64,000 nt of DNA from Thraustochytrium aureum (GCA_012862495.1 BLSG01000411.1:1-64000); one strand, 5' to 3'; shown: positions 32,731 to 44,384, numbered from the stretch's first letter. A program made the numbers and translations. Notes: generated from the letters alone by a model not told the origin.

Positions 32731-32925
32731 GCCAACAGCAGAGAGCGGCCACCGAGCGAGCAGGGCTAGGCCAACAGCAGAGAGCGGCCACCGAGCGAGC
32801 AGGGCTAGGCCAACAGCAGAGCGCGGCCACCGAGCGAGCAGGGCTAGGCCAACAGCAGAGCGCGGCCACCGAGCGAGCAGGGCTAGGCCAACAGCAGAGA
32901 GCGGCCACCGAGCGAGCAGGGCTAG
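32731..32925. repeat. 39-bp minisatellite x5
   Basis: gccaacagcagag(a/c)gcggccaccgagcgagcagggctag repeated head-to-tail with no spacers; overlaps the MOSC stop codon. Confidence 0.95.
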
Positions 32926-34169
32926 CCAGCGTGCTCGAGCCCGAGCCACGCAGCCAAGTCGTATAGAAGCCGCCCGAGTAGCCCGGTGCCAGACTTGTAT
33001 TTGAGGATGCGCACCTCGTCACCTGGGCTGATCTGCGCTTTGGCGTGCTCATCGCTAAGGCCCATGTACGTACCAAAAACTGGAGCCAGGCTCTTGCTAC
33101 CGCCGAGGGCCATAGGAAAGAGAAGCCCTGTGAGGCCAAAGCGGATGCCCCCCGGTCGCACTTGCTTGAGCGTTGCGAGCGGCTCGGCACGGCGAACGTC
33201 GGACCGGAAGCCAGCCTCCCCAGTTGCTTGGTCGACAGACGGGATCACGCATCGAAATGTAGGGCCCATGTTGCGCAGAACGACATCACCGACCTGGACG
33301 AGCTCGGCTGTATCCTCCAGAAACGCCAGCTCGCGGTCGACTTGGAGGACAAGATTCGGCCTGAACCGGTCCATCAGCGTCAGCGACGACGGCGGGGGCC
33401 TACCGGAATCCCGCGCAGTTGCCGCGATCTCATCGTTGAGGGCGGCCAGAGACGCCTCGCTCGCAAGCGAGAGGGGTGCCAGGTCGGCGAGCAGCGCGCC
33501 GTCAAACCCACGCGAGTCCTGCATAAGCAGGCGGGCTGCCGAGAAGTGGACGCGGCGCGACTCCCCCTCCGCGATGCAGACCAGCCGGTGCCCAGAAACT
33601 TTGCGGCCCGAGAGTTTGCTGAGCACCCGATCCACCCAATCTGACGCTTCTTGGCCAAACTCGACGCAGTCGCCTTTAAGACCATGCAAGTCAATCTTTG
33701 TTCGTCGCCGCGCTGGGTCAGACGCAACTGTCAAGTCCAGGTCGAGTGGCTCTTCGCCAGCGCCAGCTGGCGCTAGGAGCCGCAGCCCAGTCTCGCCAGC
33801 GAGAACTTGTGCCTGAATGAGTGCGAGGCAGGGGAACATACGCTGCGTGATGGGCAGGTCGCTCTTGTTGACGACCATCACGACACGATCCATGTGGAGC
33901 CCGTTGCGGTCAACTCGGACGCTGCCGCTCGCCGAAAGCGCCGCACCAGACTTGAACGGGAATATGTTGACTTCTTTCAGCACGCCCACCACCTCGCCGG
34001 CCTTAGGTCGGCGACCCCGAAATCGCAGTAGTTTCCGCGGGCGCCGTCCTGCCGCGCGAGCGCGCAACGCGGCGACAAGGACGGCGAGGAGGGCGAGCAG
34101 AATCTGAGCCGCGCTCAGACCCAGCCAAGGTCGGGCTGAGCCCCTGCTGGCGGGCGCCACCACGGTCAT
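32922..34169 (-). CDS. MOSC-domain molybdoenzyme (mARC-like) with N-terminal membrane anchor
   Basis: NIFPFKS, MDRVVMVV, ITQRMFPCLALI, ADLAPLSLASEASLAALN, MDRFRPNLV, RCVIPSVDQATG. Confidence 0.9.
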   Translation of the reverse strand: MTVVAPASRGSARPWLGLSAAQILLALLAVLVAALRARAAGRRPRKLLRFRGRRPKAGEVVGVLKEVNIFPFKSGAALSASGSVRVDRNGLHMDRVVMVVNKSDLPITQRMFPCLALIQAQVLAGETGLRLLAPAGAGEEPLDLDLTVASDPARRRTKIDLHGLKGDCVEFGQEASDWVDRVLSKLSGRKVSGHRLVCIAEGESRRVHFSAARLLMQDSRGFDGALLADLAPLSLASEASLAALNDEIAATARDSGRPPPSSLTLMDRFRPNLVLQVDRELAFLEDTAELVQVGDVVLRNMGPTFRCVIPSVDQATGEAGFRSDVRRAEPLATLKQVRPGGIRFGLTGLLFPMALGGSKSLAPVFGTYMGLSDEHAKAQISPGDEVRILKYKSGTGLLGRLLYDLAAWLGLEHAG

Positions 34170-34490
34170 TCTCGCCCGGCCTGCCTGCTTTCTTTATTAC
34201 CCTTCTTCGTCACGCACTCGACCGCGCGCGCCCTGCGTTGACTTGCTGCAGACCGCAGTCTGATGATTCCTCTGGGCTGCGGGTTTGGCGTTTGGCGTCT
34301 GTGATCTAATCTTTAGAATGAGAGCCTCTCGCACACGGTACTTCGTTGAAGCGCCAGATTGCACTGCTCGCACAGCCCAGGGCCGCCGAGGAGACTCTGC
34401 TCGGACGCGCGCGCGTCAGCTCGCAGGAAAGGAGGCCGTGGGCAATCCAAGGCAGGAAGGACGTTGAGGGAGAAAAGCGGTCCGTCGAAG

Positions 34491-34970
34491 ATGGACACCG
34501 CAGCTCGGGCAGGCGCCGCTGCGGGAGTTGTGGTATCTTTTGCCCTCCTCGCACGGGTCGCGCTTGCGGCGCGCCGGTTCAAAGGCAGCGTACAGACGGT
34601 GGCCACGCCGAACGCACCGGCAGCCATCGGGCCGTACGTGCAGGCAACGAAGGACGGCCTGGGCACGGTGTATGTGAGCGGGCAGGTCGCCTTCGTGCCT
34701 GGGACCAAGCAACTCGACGGCACAGACGCAGCAAGCCAGGCGCGCCGCGTCCTCTCCAACCTCAAGGCGATCCTCGAGGCCTCGGGGTCGTCGATGGACC
34801 GTGTCCTAAAGACGACGGTCCTTCTGACCGACATTGCAGACTACGCTGCGGTCAATCAAGTGTACGAGGAGGCGTTCGGAGCGCACAAGCCGGCTCGGGC
34901 CGCTTTCGCGGTCAAGGCTCTGCCAGCGCAGGCCCTCGTGGAAATTGACTGCGTTGCCGTTGAAAACTGA
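34491..34970 (+). CDS. RidA/YjgF/YER057c/UK114 imine deaminase
   Basis: APAAIGPYVQA, VYVSGQ, QARRVLSNLKAILEASG, VLKTTVLL, PARAAFAVKALP..ALVEIDCVA. Confidence 0.95.
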   Translation: MDTAARAGAAAGVVVSFALLARVALAARRFKGSVQTVATPNAPAAIGPYVQATKDGLGTVYVSGQVAFVPGTKQLDGTDAASQARRVLSNLKAILEASGSSMDRVLKTTVLLTDIADYAAVNQVYEEAFGAHKPARAAFAVKALPAQALVEIDCVAVEN

Positions 34971-35325
34971 GCGGAGGCGCGCTCACGAGTTCTGTCTGAG
35001 CTGTCAGAGACAGGCTTGCTATGAAATGGACCAAGTCGACCCAACGATTCGAGATGAGTTTCCTTTTTTGTTCTACTTACTGCATCATGCTGCACACGAC
35101 TCCCATTGCGTCCCAGTTTCTATCAGAAGCACAACATCAACGAGACCTTCGGATCGAGTTGCGGACCAGCACCCCGCGCCCGCTCCCAGGCTGCCTTGCA
35201 CCCACACCCACGCCTCGCAACACGCGCTTGCTCCGGCCGGTTTTCGATCGTGCCAAGGGCGCAAGTGCCGAGATGGCAACAGCTGGAGCTGCTCCGCGCC
35301 GAGCCCACAACGGCACCGCCGAGGC

Positions 35326-36246
35326 TCACGAGGTCTCCAGGCCAAACAAGCCCATGACAAAACGCCGAATCGGGTACCTCGCCGAGTTGAGCAGGGCCTC
35401 TTTCGCCACCGCCGTGCCCAGTTGGAGCTCGCAACCTTTGTACATGCCGAGTAGGCCTTCTTCCCGCAGGACGCGCGAGAGAACGCCAGGGACCGTGAGC
35501 TCGGCCGCTTCTTCAGCGTCGCCGGCGTCGGCCGCGCCCGAGCCCTTCTCGAAGGTAAAGATCTGCACCTTGGCCAAAACGTACGGGTAGGTGGCAATCG
35601 AGGCGCAGGCCTTGCTTGCGGCGCCCGTCCAAAAGTTTTTCGAGTTGGAGGCCTCCGCACCGGACGGCGTGAGCCAGTGGCGCACCACGTTGGTAATCCC
35701 AGGGTTTAGCGTGAGGACGAGCTGCGGGACAAGGCCTCGATATAGCCCGGCGAGGCCTTCTTCGCGCAAAACAGAACTGAAGGACTGCATGAAGCGCGCC
35801 TTGCCCGACCTATCTGCAATCACACGCGTGTTAATCAGCTCGGCGGGGCTCAGCACTAGCTGCACGGCCGCGCCGGCGCAGATGCCATGAAGCATGTTGC
35901 CCAGGAACTGGCCCGTCCGTTGCGAGACCGCCCGGAAGAGGGGCTTCAGGTACGCGTAGAAGAAGTAGAACATGAAGTTGGTCACGAACGCTTTGGGCAG
36001 CGAGCTGGACAGCCCTTTGAAGAGTCCCAGCAGCCCCTCCTGTTTGGCCACCTTGAAGAGGCAGTCCACAGCGCCGGCATACTCGGCGTTGCCTCCCTCT
36101 GCGCTCGCGCAGGCATCAGCCGCCGCGCCCTTCTTGAGCTTGCGCTGCGCTTGCAGCCGCGTCTTGACGACCACCAGAGGGTACATGCACGCGAGCGAGA
36201 CGACCCCGGCTGCTCCGCCGGCCGTTGCCTCGGCTATTTCGTCCAT
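35326..36246 (-). CDS. Mitochondrial carrier family protein, peroxisomal PMP34/ANT1-like
   Basis: Three carrier repeats with degenerate Px[DE]xx[KR] motifs (YPLVVVKTRLQ, PAELINTR, YPYVLAK); EGLLGLFKG and EEGLAGLYRG; LTLNP. Confidence 0.88.
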   Translation of the reverse strand: MDEIAEATAGGAAGVVSLACMYPLVVVKTRLQAQRKLKKGAAADACASAEGGNAEYAGAVDCLFKVAKQEGLLGLFKGLSSSLPKAFVTNFMFYFFYAYLKPLFRAVSQRTGQFLGNMLHGICAGAAVQLVLSPAELINTRVIADRSGKARFMQSFSSVLREEGLAGLYRGLVPQLVLTLNPGITNVVRHWLTPSGAEASNSKNFWTGAASKACASIATYPYVLAKVQIFTFEKGSGAADAGDAEEAAELTVPGVLSRVLREEGLLGMYKGCELQLGTAVAKEALLNSARYPIRRFVMGLFGLETS

Positions 36247-36550
36247 CCTGCCGTGCAGTCAACCGTTGCGTTTGCTTGGCTTGCTTCGTTCGGCGCCAGC
36301 GCGAGTAGCCCGCCACCGCGTCGCGCTGCTGCTGCCGTGGTGCAGGCCCGGGCGCCTGCCCAAACCGTACTACTCACGGGCGCGTCGCCTGTTTGAGGCA
36401 CTGCGAACAGGACTGTCTGTTCGTCCGCCGACGAACAATAGGAACGATACCCTAGAGTCCTGTTCGTGTCGAGGAGCCCTGTTGCAGGCGGCCAGGCGCC
36501 GCGGCGAGGCAGTAGCGAGCGTCGCGGCGAGGCGGACAGGCGGCGCCAGG

Positions 36551-37869
36551 ATGAGCTTCGAGCTACTCTCTAGGTACAAACTCGTGGGGATAATCGGCGA
36601 AGGGACGTACGGGGTCGTGTAAGTTGTTCCTGATGGCGGCAGCCACGCCCGGCGAAGGCGAAGTGGGCTGGGGCTGGCACGCGCGCAGCTCCCTGACGCT
36701 GCCGTGGCTTGCGGGATTGCCGTAGGTACCAAGCGCGCAAGTTCCGACCAGACCTCACCGAGGAACCGAAAGACTATGCGATTAAGCGCATCAAACCGAG
36801 CAGCAACGAGATCGAGCGGCCGTCCGTGACGTCCATCAGCACGCTGCGCGAGATCAGCCTGCTGCGCGAGCTTAGCCACGTCAACATCGTCAACTTGACG
36901 GACGTAGTCATCGACCCGAAGGGGCGCGACGTGGCCATCGTAATGGACTTTGCCAAGTACACCTTGGAGACTGTCCTGAGGGACCACCGGCGCAAGCGTG
37001 AAAAGATCTCCGAGTTTACTTGCAAATCAATCATGTACCAGTGCCTCAAGGGGCTGGAGTACATGCACGAGAACTGGGTCCTGCACAGAGACCTAAAGCC
37101 ACAGAACATCCTCATCGTCGGGGACGGGGAAAACCGTGGCCGCCTTCAGCTCGCGGACCTCGGGCTCGCGCGCGTGTTTCAAAGCCCAATTGTGGCGCTA
37201 GGCGACGTCGACAAGACCGTTGTGACGCTCTGGTATCGCGCTCCAGAGCTATTGCTCGGGACCAAGCACTATACGACCGCGGTCGACGTGTGGTCGTTGG
37301 GCTGCATTTTCGCAGAGCTGTTCTTCGCTCACAACCCAAAGTCGCCGCCGGCTCTGTTTGCCGGCAAGCAGGAGAAAGCTGGTGCGGAGTTTGAGAGGGA
37401 TCAGTGCAAGCAAGTCTTTTCTGTGCTTGGGGTGCCAAACTCGTCCACCTGGCCAGAGGTCAGTGTGTTGCCCCACTACAAATCGCTTACGCAGCTGCGC
37501 GACGAATCCCCGGGCCAGTACCCGCCCAACTCTCAGCTGGTGCAGCGCATGACCCAATACTCGCTCGAGCACATCTCCAAGGCTGCGCAGAGCTTGGTCA
37601 CGGATATGCTCGAGCTCAACCCGACAAAGCGCGTTTCAGCACGCGCCGCTCTCGAGCACCAATACATGCAGTCGTTTGTGATGCAGATCCCGTCGAGGTC
37701 TTGGGGCAACGCGCTCGACGACCCGACGAACCCGAACAGCCGGCAGCGGCACTACACCTCCGTCCCGCCCAAGCCGCTCTCGCCTAGCGTTCGGCAGGCG
37801 CAGCAAGATGCGCTTGAGAAAATGCGCTCCACGCCATCGCAGGCTGGACTCAAGCGCCAGCGCCGTTAG
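36551..37869 (+). CDS. CDK8: Cyclin-dependent kinase CDK8/CDKE-like; exons 36551-36618, 36726-37869
   Basis: IGEGTYGVVYQA across a GT-AG intron; SISTLREISLLREL; NWVLHRDLKPQNILIVG.G..RG..ADLGLAR.FQSP...D..VVTLWYRAPELLLG.KHYT. Confidence 0.88.
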
Positions 37870-38317
37870 CCATCGGCGCCAGCGTCTTGTCAATCAGAGC
37901 TGCCAGCGCTCGTCAACCGTCGTTGTGCGCCGCCTTGTGCACAATAGCGCCTTGGAGAGGGGCTTCAACGTCGGGCACGCCGGGCAAGAGAGCATGGACC
38001 CGATCGAGTCCCTGGTGCGCCGCAGTTCAAGGACCGGATCGAGCCTCCTGGTGCGCCGCAGATCTTTCAAGTCGCAGAGTCTCGTCGTTCACAGACTATC
38101 TTTATTTTTTGGTTGTGTGCCGGGCACAAGGTGGCCCGTGAGCACTTTCGCTTTAGCAGACGGCTGCCGAGCTCAGCCAGCCACCGCATGGCCAAACCTC
38201 TAGAGATTCAGAGAGTGGCCTGCCAAAGGCTTGCACAGACCAGGAAGCCGGGGGTCCTGCACAAGCTGCTCGGCCGGCCCTGCCCCCACACTTTACATTG
38301 CTCAGACTCCGAAAGGG

Positions 38318-39295
38318 TCATTCTCGAACTGCTTGACGCCTGCGACGTGCCCCAGCGCCTGTCAGAGCGTGCTCTCGCTCCGCCTGGGTCGTCGATTGCG
38401 GCATACTAGTGGTTGTAGGACCTCTGTTGGCTTTTGGGAGCGCTTTCGAACCCCTTTCCGCCACCTTTTGGCCCAGAATGAAACGAACCATCTTCGCTGC
38501 GATACCCCGCGCCCAAAGCCAGTTGATGGCAGTCATCGCGAAAGCGCCGAGGCGGACAAACCAGTGCATCGCTTCGGACATGACTGTTGCTCGCAAAAGA
38601 AAGGTGCCCCACCCAATGCGCAAAAACAAAAACCCAAGCGAGAAGACAGCGTCGTTGGCCACAGCAACCGGTGTGCCTTCCAGGCCGTGGTGCTTTAGTA
38701 TAAACTTGAGGCTTAGGAACGGCGTCGTGGCCTCGCTCATGAGCGTTGTGGCCGCGAGCTCAGGGCCATAACGTCCTTTAGCCATCGAGAACCAACAAGT
38801 GACCAGGACAAGGAGGTGGTGCGCGTACATGGCCAGGTCATTCGCAGGGCTAGCAAGGATCTCAAAGACGAGGTCGAATGCCATCCACCCGCCGCCTGCT
38901 CCAAAGAGTTTCGTGCGGCGTCAGTAGTGCAAGCGGTGCACTTCTCGATGCCCCTCGCAAACCAGAACGAACTTACACACCGCCAGAAACCTGTCGTGGG
39001 CTGCTGCGTTGACCCCACCAAAGTTCTGGAGCGTAAAAAATCCCTGCCCATCGACAAAGAGTACCACAGGGAGCACCAAGCTGCATACATAGGTCGCGTG
39101 GACTAACGAGGCGACGCGGTTCGCATACAGCTGCCAGCCGTTCACGGGCTCCACGCGGCCCGGCAGGCGGAGTCGCACGACACCCAGCAAGGCGGCGTAC
39201 AACGCGCCCCAAGCCACGGCCCATCCAGCGATGAGTCTGGCTGCATCGATCGCAGGGCCCAGATCGAGGCCCGTGTCAACGTCTTGGCCTTGCAT
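38318..39295 (-). CDS. TLC (TRAM/LAG1/CLN8) domain membrane protein; exons 39295-38977, 38895-38318
   Basis: NRVASLVHA, WMAFDL, YAHH, LMSEATTPFL, FLFLRI, INWLW. An 81-nt gtaagt..ctgac..cag intron restores the frame. Confidence 0.9.
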
Positions 39296-39589
39296 GCTTC
39301 GCCAAGCTCCTCGTGTCCGTCTAGCGCACGCTCACGACGTGATGCGGACCAGCTTTCGCGAGCCCTCCCTCGCGGCCCCACGCCCCTCGCTCGGCTGCGG
39401 CGTCCGCAGCTCTGTGGCACTGCTCCCTGGCTGCGCGCATGCCACTCTCGTCCCTCCCTCGCTGCGAGTTTGTACTCTCTGTAGGTATGTGCGCAATTGT
39501 ATGTGCGCACCTTTCCTCCCTTGTGCGCTGAGACCGACCTGGCTCTGCAGGATGATTTTTTTTGAATTCGTCCATGCCCGTCCGCATCA

Positions 39590-39775
39590 GCAGGCCGCCG
39601 CCGTCAGCGTCAGTCGTCAACAGACCGCCGCCACCAGCAGGCCGCCGCCGTCAGTAGGCCGCCGTCAGCGTCAGCCGTCAACAGACCGCCACCATCAGCA
39701 GCTTCAGCCGACAACAGACCGCCAGCAGCATCAGCCGCCACCTTCAGCCCTCAGTAGACCGCAACAAGCAGACCG
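39590..39775. repeat. Degenerate tandem repeat (ccgccgtcag / aacagaccgcc units) between divergent genes
   Basis: Recurring aacagaccgcc and gccgccgtcag motifs. Confidence 0.6.
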
Positions 39776-39837
39776 CGATCTGCCGGCTTCGGGCAGGCTC
39801 CGTCTCTGCCGTCGATTTGCTCTCGGTGGTGGGCGAG

Positions 39838-41709
39838 ATGGGCGAGGTGGCGCCTGGAAAGGAGCCTGTGCTTTTTGACGAGCTCAGCGCCGTGTTTGCG
39901 CCGAGGCAAGGGCGCCGCTGGGACCTCCGCACGTGCGGCGTTCTCGTCAACGCGCGCTGGGCACAAGAGACAACGATGCAGCAAAGCGACTCGAGGTACT
40001 TGATGGTGCTTTCGATCACCGACTTGGGGCAAGTTGGTAGCTGGCGTCGCGACCCCTTCGAGGTCCAGGTTAAACTTTTCGCGGCGAGCAGGCAGGAGCT
40101 TCCAGTGGTGGCCTGCGTGGGGGACTTGGTTTTTCTGCAGGGCGTGAAGGCGTCGTGCTGCAACAAGACGGGCTTCCAACTTGTTGGAAACATGAAGCGG
40201 ACAAAGTGCTCCGTCGTGCGGGCTCGCGCGTGTTTTGGCATCCCAGCTGCGCCCGTCTCCAATGGGCTTGACACGTCGCGGCTGTTTGTCTTGAGCAAGT
40301 CTGACCCAAGCGGCCGACTAGCTGCAGTAGACTTTCTGCGCGGCGCTGCGGAAGCGCTCGCACGCAGCAAGCTCGGACTCGTGGTCTCGCCTTTCATCAC
40401 ACCGCTTATTAGCTTGCACTATTTCGTCGGCGCGTCTGTTGACGTCATTTGCAAGGTCTTGCGTGCCGACGCGGGCGGCGAGCAGCAGATGGCAACACTT
40501 TGCGTTTCGGACGGATCCATCGCTTCCATGAAAGTCGTCGTAGAGGACGACTTCGCCAGGAGCGCTCTGGCTGGGTTGGGAGTCTTTGCCCCGCATCGTC
40601 GTGGGGACCTTTGGCTCAAGCTACGGAATTTGCGCGTTGTTCTCGGGGCGCTCGGGCCGACTCTGGCGCTTGGCCAGCTATCATCCGCACTCATCCTCTT
40701 TTGCGATGGATACATGGTGTTCGAAGAGGCCAAGGCCCTCGTGAGCGATCTCCAGGGAAAGCGCTCGTGTATGCGGGAATGTGAAAACCGCGCGTCGCCC
40801 GGCAACCTCGACACCAGGGACAAAGACGAGGGCAGAGACGAGGACGAGGAAATGCCTGTTTCTTCAAGCTCTTGGCGGCCGAGTGACGGCAGCTGCAGCA
40901 GACTTTGTCCTACGTACCTCGCGGGTGTCCTCTTGTCAAGCGCCTCTGGGAAAGCCGACAGCGGCCCAGTAAGGTTCGCCGACTTGGGCAACGCGATTGG
41001 CGGCTTACAAGCGCCAAATAAGCCGGCCGCGGTGCGCGTGCGGCTCACCGTTTTCGCCTGGACAGCAGAATTTGCCCATTCAATTCCACCCGAGATCTGC
41101 GAGGCCCCGGAAGGCTGCTTGCTCGTGGTACGCATCGAAGACCGCACCGGCTCTGCGCTTTGCGGGATCGACCGCACATCTTGTGCTGCGTTGCTCGGGC
41201 TGGAGCCAGACCAGGAAATCGACCGCCTCCGCCTGGAGACGGCGCTCTTGTTCGCAATGCAGCCGAATTTCTGGGTCGATTGCCTTGTGCGGTCGGCGGG
41301 GTGCGGGTCATGGCTGTGGCTCACCGGCTCGAGGCTCACGGAGCGGATGGTGATACCCCGACGTGGCGCAGCTAGTGTTCAAGCGAGGGACGAGGTCGGT
41401 GTGGCCGTCCCGCTTGAACACGTCAAGCAGGGGCTTGGCTTGAAGATCATCGACCTCGCCGGCGGTGGGGCCACTGTGCTTGGTGTGAAGGTGGACTCGC
41501 TGGGCATGCGCTGTGGGCTCGCAGCTGGAGATGCAATCACCTCAGTTAACGGCATGCCCTGCCCGAATATCGACGCGATCGCCAAGGCGGTCGCTCAAGT
41601 TGTCTCAAGCGCCGAGCGCTCGGCAGAAACCGCTGTGCGGCTGACCTTTGGATTGAGGCCTGCGCCGGCCTCGCAGTCTTGCTTGCTCACAGCACTATTT
41701 TTCCGTTGA
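39838..41709 (+). CDS. POT1-like telomere ssDNA-binding OB-fold protein with C-terminal PDZ domain
   Basis: OB1: TCGVLV...LSITD...VKLFA....LPVV..VGDLVFLQGVK. OB2: VDVICKVL...LCVSDG...WLKLRNLRV. OB3: VRIEDRTG...WVDCLVRS. PDZ: GLGLKII...GLAAGDAITSVNG. Confidence 0.72.
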   Translation: MGEVAPGKEPVLFDELSAVFAPRQGRRWDLRTCGVLVNARWAQETTMQQSDSRYLMVLSITDLGQVGSWRRDPFEVQVKLFAASRQELPVVACVGDLVFLQGVKASCCNKTGFQLVGNMKRTKCSVVRARACFGIPAAPVSNGLDTSRLFVLSKSDPSGRLAAVDFLRGAAEALARSKLGLVVSPFITPLISLHYFVGASVDVICKVLRADAGGEQQMATLCVSDGSIASMKVVVEDDFARSALAGLGVFAPHRRGDLWLKLRNLRVVLGALGPTLALGQLSSALILFCDGYMVFEEAKALVSDLQGKRSCMRECENRASPGNLDTRDKDEGRDEDEEMPVSSSSWRPSDGSCSRLCPTYLAGVLLSSASGKADSGPVRFADLGNAIGGLQAPNKPAAVRVRLTVFAWTAEFAHSIPPEICEAPEGCLLVVRIEDRTGSALCGIDRTSCAALLGLEPDQEIDRLRLETALLFAMQPNFWVDCLVRSAGCGSWLWLTGSRLTERMVIPRRGAASVQARDEVGVAVPLEHVKQGLGLKIIDLAGGGATVLGVKVDSLGMRCGLAAGDAITSVNGMPCPNIDAIAKAVAQVVSSAERSAETAVRLTFGLRPAPASQSCLLTALFFR

Positions 41710-42519
41710 ACGGATATCTTTTGTGTGTACCCCTCGGAAGCGGAAGACCCCACTTTTGCGGTCGAGGAGCACGTCATGTTGCTCCGGCTAGCGCCGCTTT
41801 GTGCCCACCTGGCCGGCACTGGGCGTGCTGCTTGATGGATGGCACATGCCGCCCAGCTCTCGGCACGACGCGCCGGCGGCGCGCGACGGAAGCCGCCGGA
41901 CGAGCGATTGATCGCTGCCTGGGTCTGCCCGCTCACTCGCTCGAGTTTGCAGCATCGCTCAATCAAAAGACGGCCACCGCGGGCTGCCCGAGCAAGCCCA
42001 CGTGATGCAATTGGTGCAGCGCGGGTTTGCATAATTCGATGTGCAGAGCGCAGAGCGCATAAGCGCTTTCCTCTCTTGCAGGGAACTGGTTTGTTGAGGG
42101 CAGTCCGCGCCATCGACGAATTGTGTGATTGGATGGGATGTGAGACAAGCGCGGAAGCGCATGTATGAGCCGTTCAGAGACTCCAAAACGATAGCTGGCT
42201 GGTGTCGCTCAGCAGGCATCGAGAGCACGCGCGGCGCAGTAGCAACTGCCGCGCTGTCCAGGCATTCGCGACGACAGGGCCGAGGTCGCAGGGCTGCGCG
42301 TGCCAGAGCGGCGCAGGGTTTTCGGCGGGCAGTGGCCGTGACAACCCCACACGGGGACAGCGCGGCTGTCAGCCAGACAGAGTTAGTAAATTGCTCAGGC
42401 AGTGCAGGGTCTGCGCAAGCCCGGCAGGGTGGTGCGCCCCCAGGGCTGCGCCAGCGCGGTCGGTGGGCCTAGGCGGCGCAGGCCGTCGCTGACGCTGGGC
42501 CGCCTCGAAGCCGGAAGCC

Positions 42520-43329
42520 ATGGGCGGCGGGGCCTCCAAGGTGCGGAGCTCGCCTGAAACGACGAGCCAGAAGGTTGAGGATGCCGGCAACCTTGCCGGC
42601 GCTCACAGCGTTGTGGTTGGCCAATCGCCGCCTCGTGAGAGCGGGATCGCCCTGGCCCCCCAGAAAATGCCCAGCACGAAAGATATCCGCGCCAACCCGT
42701 TCCGGGTCGCTGAAAAGGAGCGAGAGACGGAGGCGCGCTTCAACCTGCAGCGGCGGCACTCGCTCTCTAGCGTCCAGTTCAAAACCGCGCAAGCGTCGCC
42801 TCTGTCGGCGACCGTGGCACCGATCAGCAAGAGGCACACGCACACAGACGCGCTTGTTCGAAGCCCATCAGAGGGTGTGAGGGTGCGAGACTCGCCAAGC
42901 GCAGCGCCCTTTGGCGTTTCAAAGGGAAGCGCAGGCCCGGCTGTGTCAACCGTGCAAGGCATAGGTGCGCTTGGGCACCCTGAGATGGCGATGGTGACAG
43001 CGCGACTTGAGAACCTTGATCGTGAGCTCGCTGAAGCCCGTGCCGAGCATCAAAAGTTCACAAGCAAGTATCTTGCTGCCCAAGAGCAGACGCATGAGGC
43101 CACCCCCGAAGGCTCACTTGCACGGGACGCTCTGCAAGCCACCCTCACCTTCTTGCTGGGCCAGGCAACAGCAAGCGCGGACAACGTCAAGATGCTTCTT
43201 GAGCAGCGCAACGAGTTGGAGCGCTCACTAATACGGCCAGTGGCAGAAGCACCGGTGCCGACTTCACCTGCAAAGCTTCGCCCGGTAAAGCAAGCAAGCG
43301 ACGTCGGGTCGTCGATGATCTATTTCTAA
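42520..43329 (+). CDS. Hypothetical protein with N-myristoylation motif and coiled coil
   Basis: MGGGASK start, 269-aa ORF, C-terminal heptad-rich helices. Confidence 0.7.
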   Translation: MGGGASKVRSSPETTSQKVEDAGNLAGAHSVVVGQSPPRESGIALAPQKMPSTKDIRANPFRVAEKERETEARFNLQRRHSLSSVQFKTAQASPLSATVAPISKRHTHTDALVRSPSEGVRVRDSPSAAPFGVSKGSAGPAVSTVQGIGALGHPEMAMVTARLENLDRELAEARAEHQKFTSKYLAAQEQTHEATPEGSLARDALQATLTFLLGQATASADNVKMLLEQRNELERSLIRPVAEAPVPTSPAKLRPVKQASDVGSSMIYF

Positions 43330-43687
43330 CGCGTTTTCAGTAACGAGTTTGTTGGGTTTTCTGCACTTTAACCCTCTTCACCGCGTGCGCCAGCGCGCGA
43401 GAGCCCACCGAGTTGCGCCTCAAGCGAGTCTGCGCTACTGACTGCCCGCTAAGAAACATCTGTTGAGGGCATTGCTGCTACGCAAGCCATGGGCAAGCTC
43501 GGGTTTTGAAGGCAACGAAACCACTTGCATAAAAACAAAACAGCGCCGCGCCGTTTGCGAAGGCTCCTCAATGCGGACCAGCTTGAAAAAGAGCGCTGGC
43601 GGCGCCACCGTTCGTAGTAGAACACTTGCCACCTCACCTTCCGACGACACGGCCAAGTCGGGAAACTACAAGAAGTGGGACGTTCGC

Positions 43688-44184
43688 TCACTTCATCTCT
43701 GCGTCCTCCAGCGCGGGCGGCATGCCCTTCCCAGAAGCCTTGTCGCAGTCATCAGCTGTCTTGGACTTCTTCTTCGCGGTTTTCGCGACCTTGCGCACGC
43801 GGAGCCCCTTTATCGTGAGGCGGCGGAGCTCGTTTTGCATGCGGCGGCGCATTTTCGGGTTTTGGATGCTTTGAATCTCGTCGGTGACCGACTTTGGGAC
43901 GCCGCTAATTTCCTCGGCCTCCATGGCAACCGCCATGTCAGTGTCTTTCTTGGCCGTCTCGGTGCGCGCGTTCCCGAGCTTGAGCTCGCGCTTCTTGGCC
44001 ATGGTGATCTCGCGCTTTTTTTGGTACCTGCTCAAACCGAAACCATTCCCATTCCGGCGCGGGCAGCGGTCAGTTTACCGGTGCGCCCCTAGCAGCCTCC
44101 TTGCGCGGCGTGCGGCCCGCCAGCTCCTCCACTGACTTACTCCTGCATCTCCTTGCGCTTCTTGAGGTTGTTCTTGCGCGCCAT
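43688..44184 (-). CDS. Small basic (K/R-rich) protein, 127 aa; exons 44184-44141, 44027-43688
   Basis: MARKNNLKKRKEMQE|YQKKRE joined by a phase-2 gtaagt..cag intron. Confidence 0.75.
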
Positions 44185-44384
44185 CCTGTCCCTGACGCTG
44201 CCGGGGCAGCCTCCCGAGCCCCCTGGTCCTTCCTGGCTGGCTGGCTGGCTTCCTGCGCTCGCACTCGCTCCACGGCCTGATGACTCGGGCTGGCCGTCGG
44301 TCGGCTCACTCGGGTCGCTCGCACTCGCGCGCCAGCCAGTCAACTCGCGCCTGGTCGAGCAAAGCAGCCCTCGGGGAAAAGCAA

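Noticed and set aside
32731..32925. CRISPR array
   Set aside because: Head-to-tail repeats without unique spacers, no cas genes, eukaryotic context.
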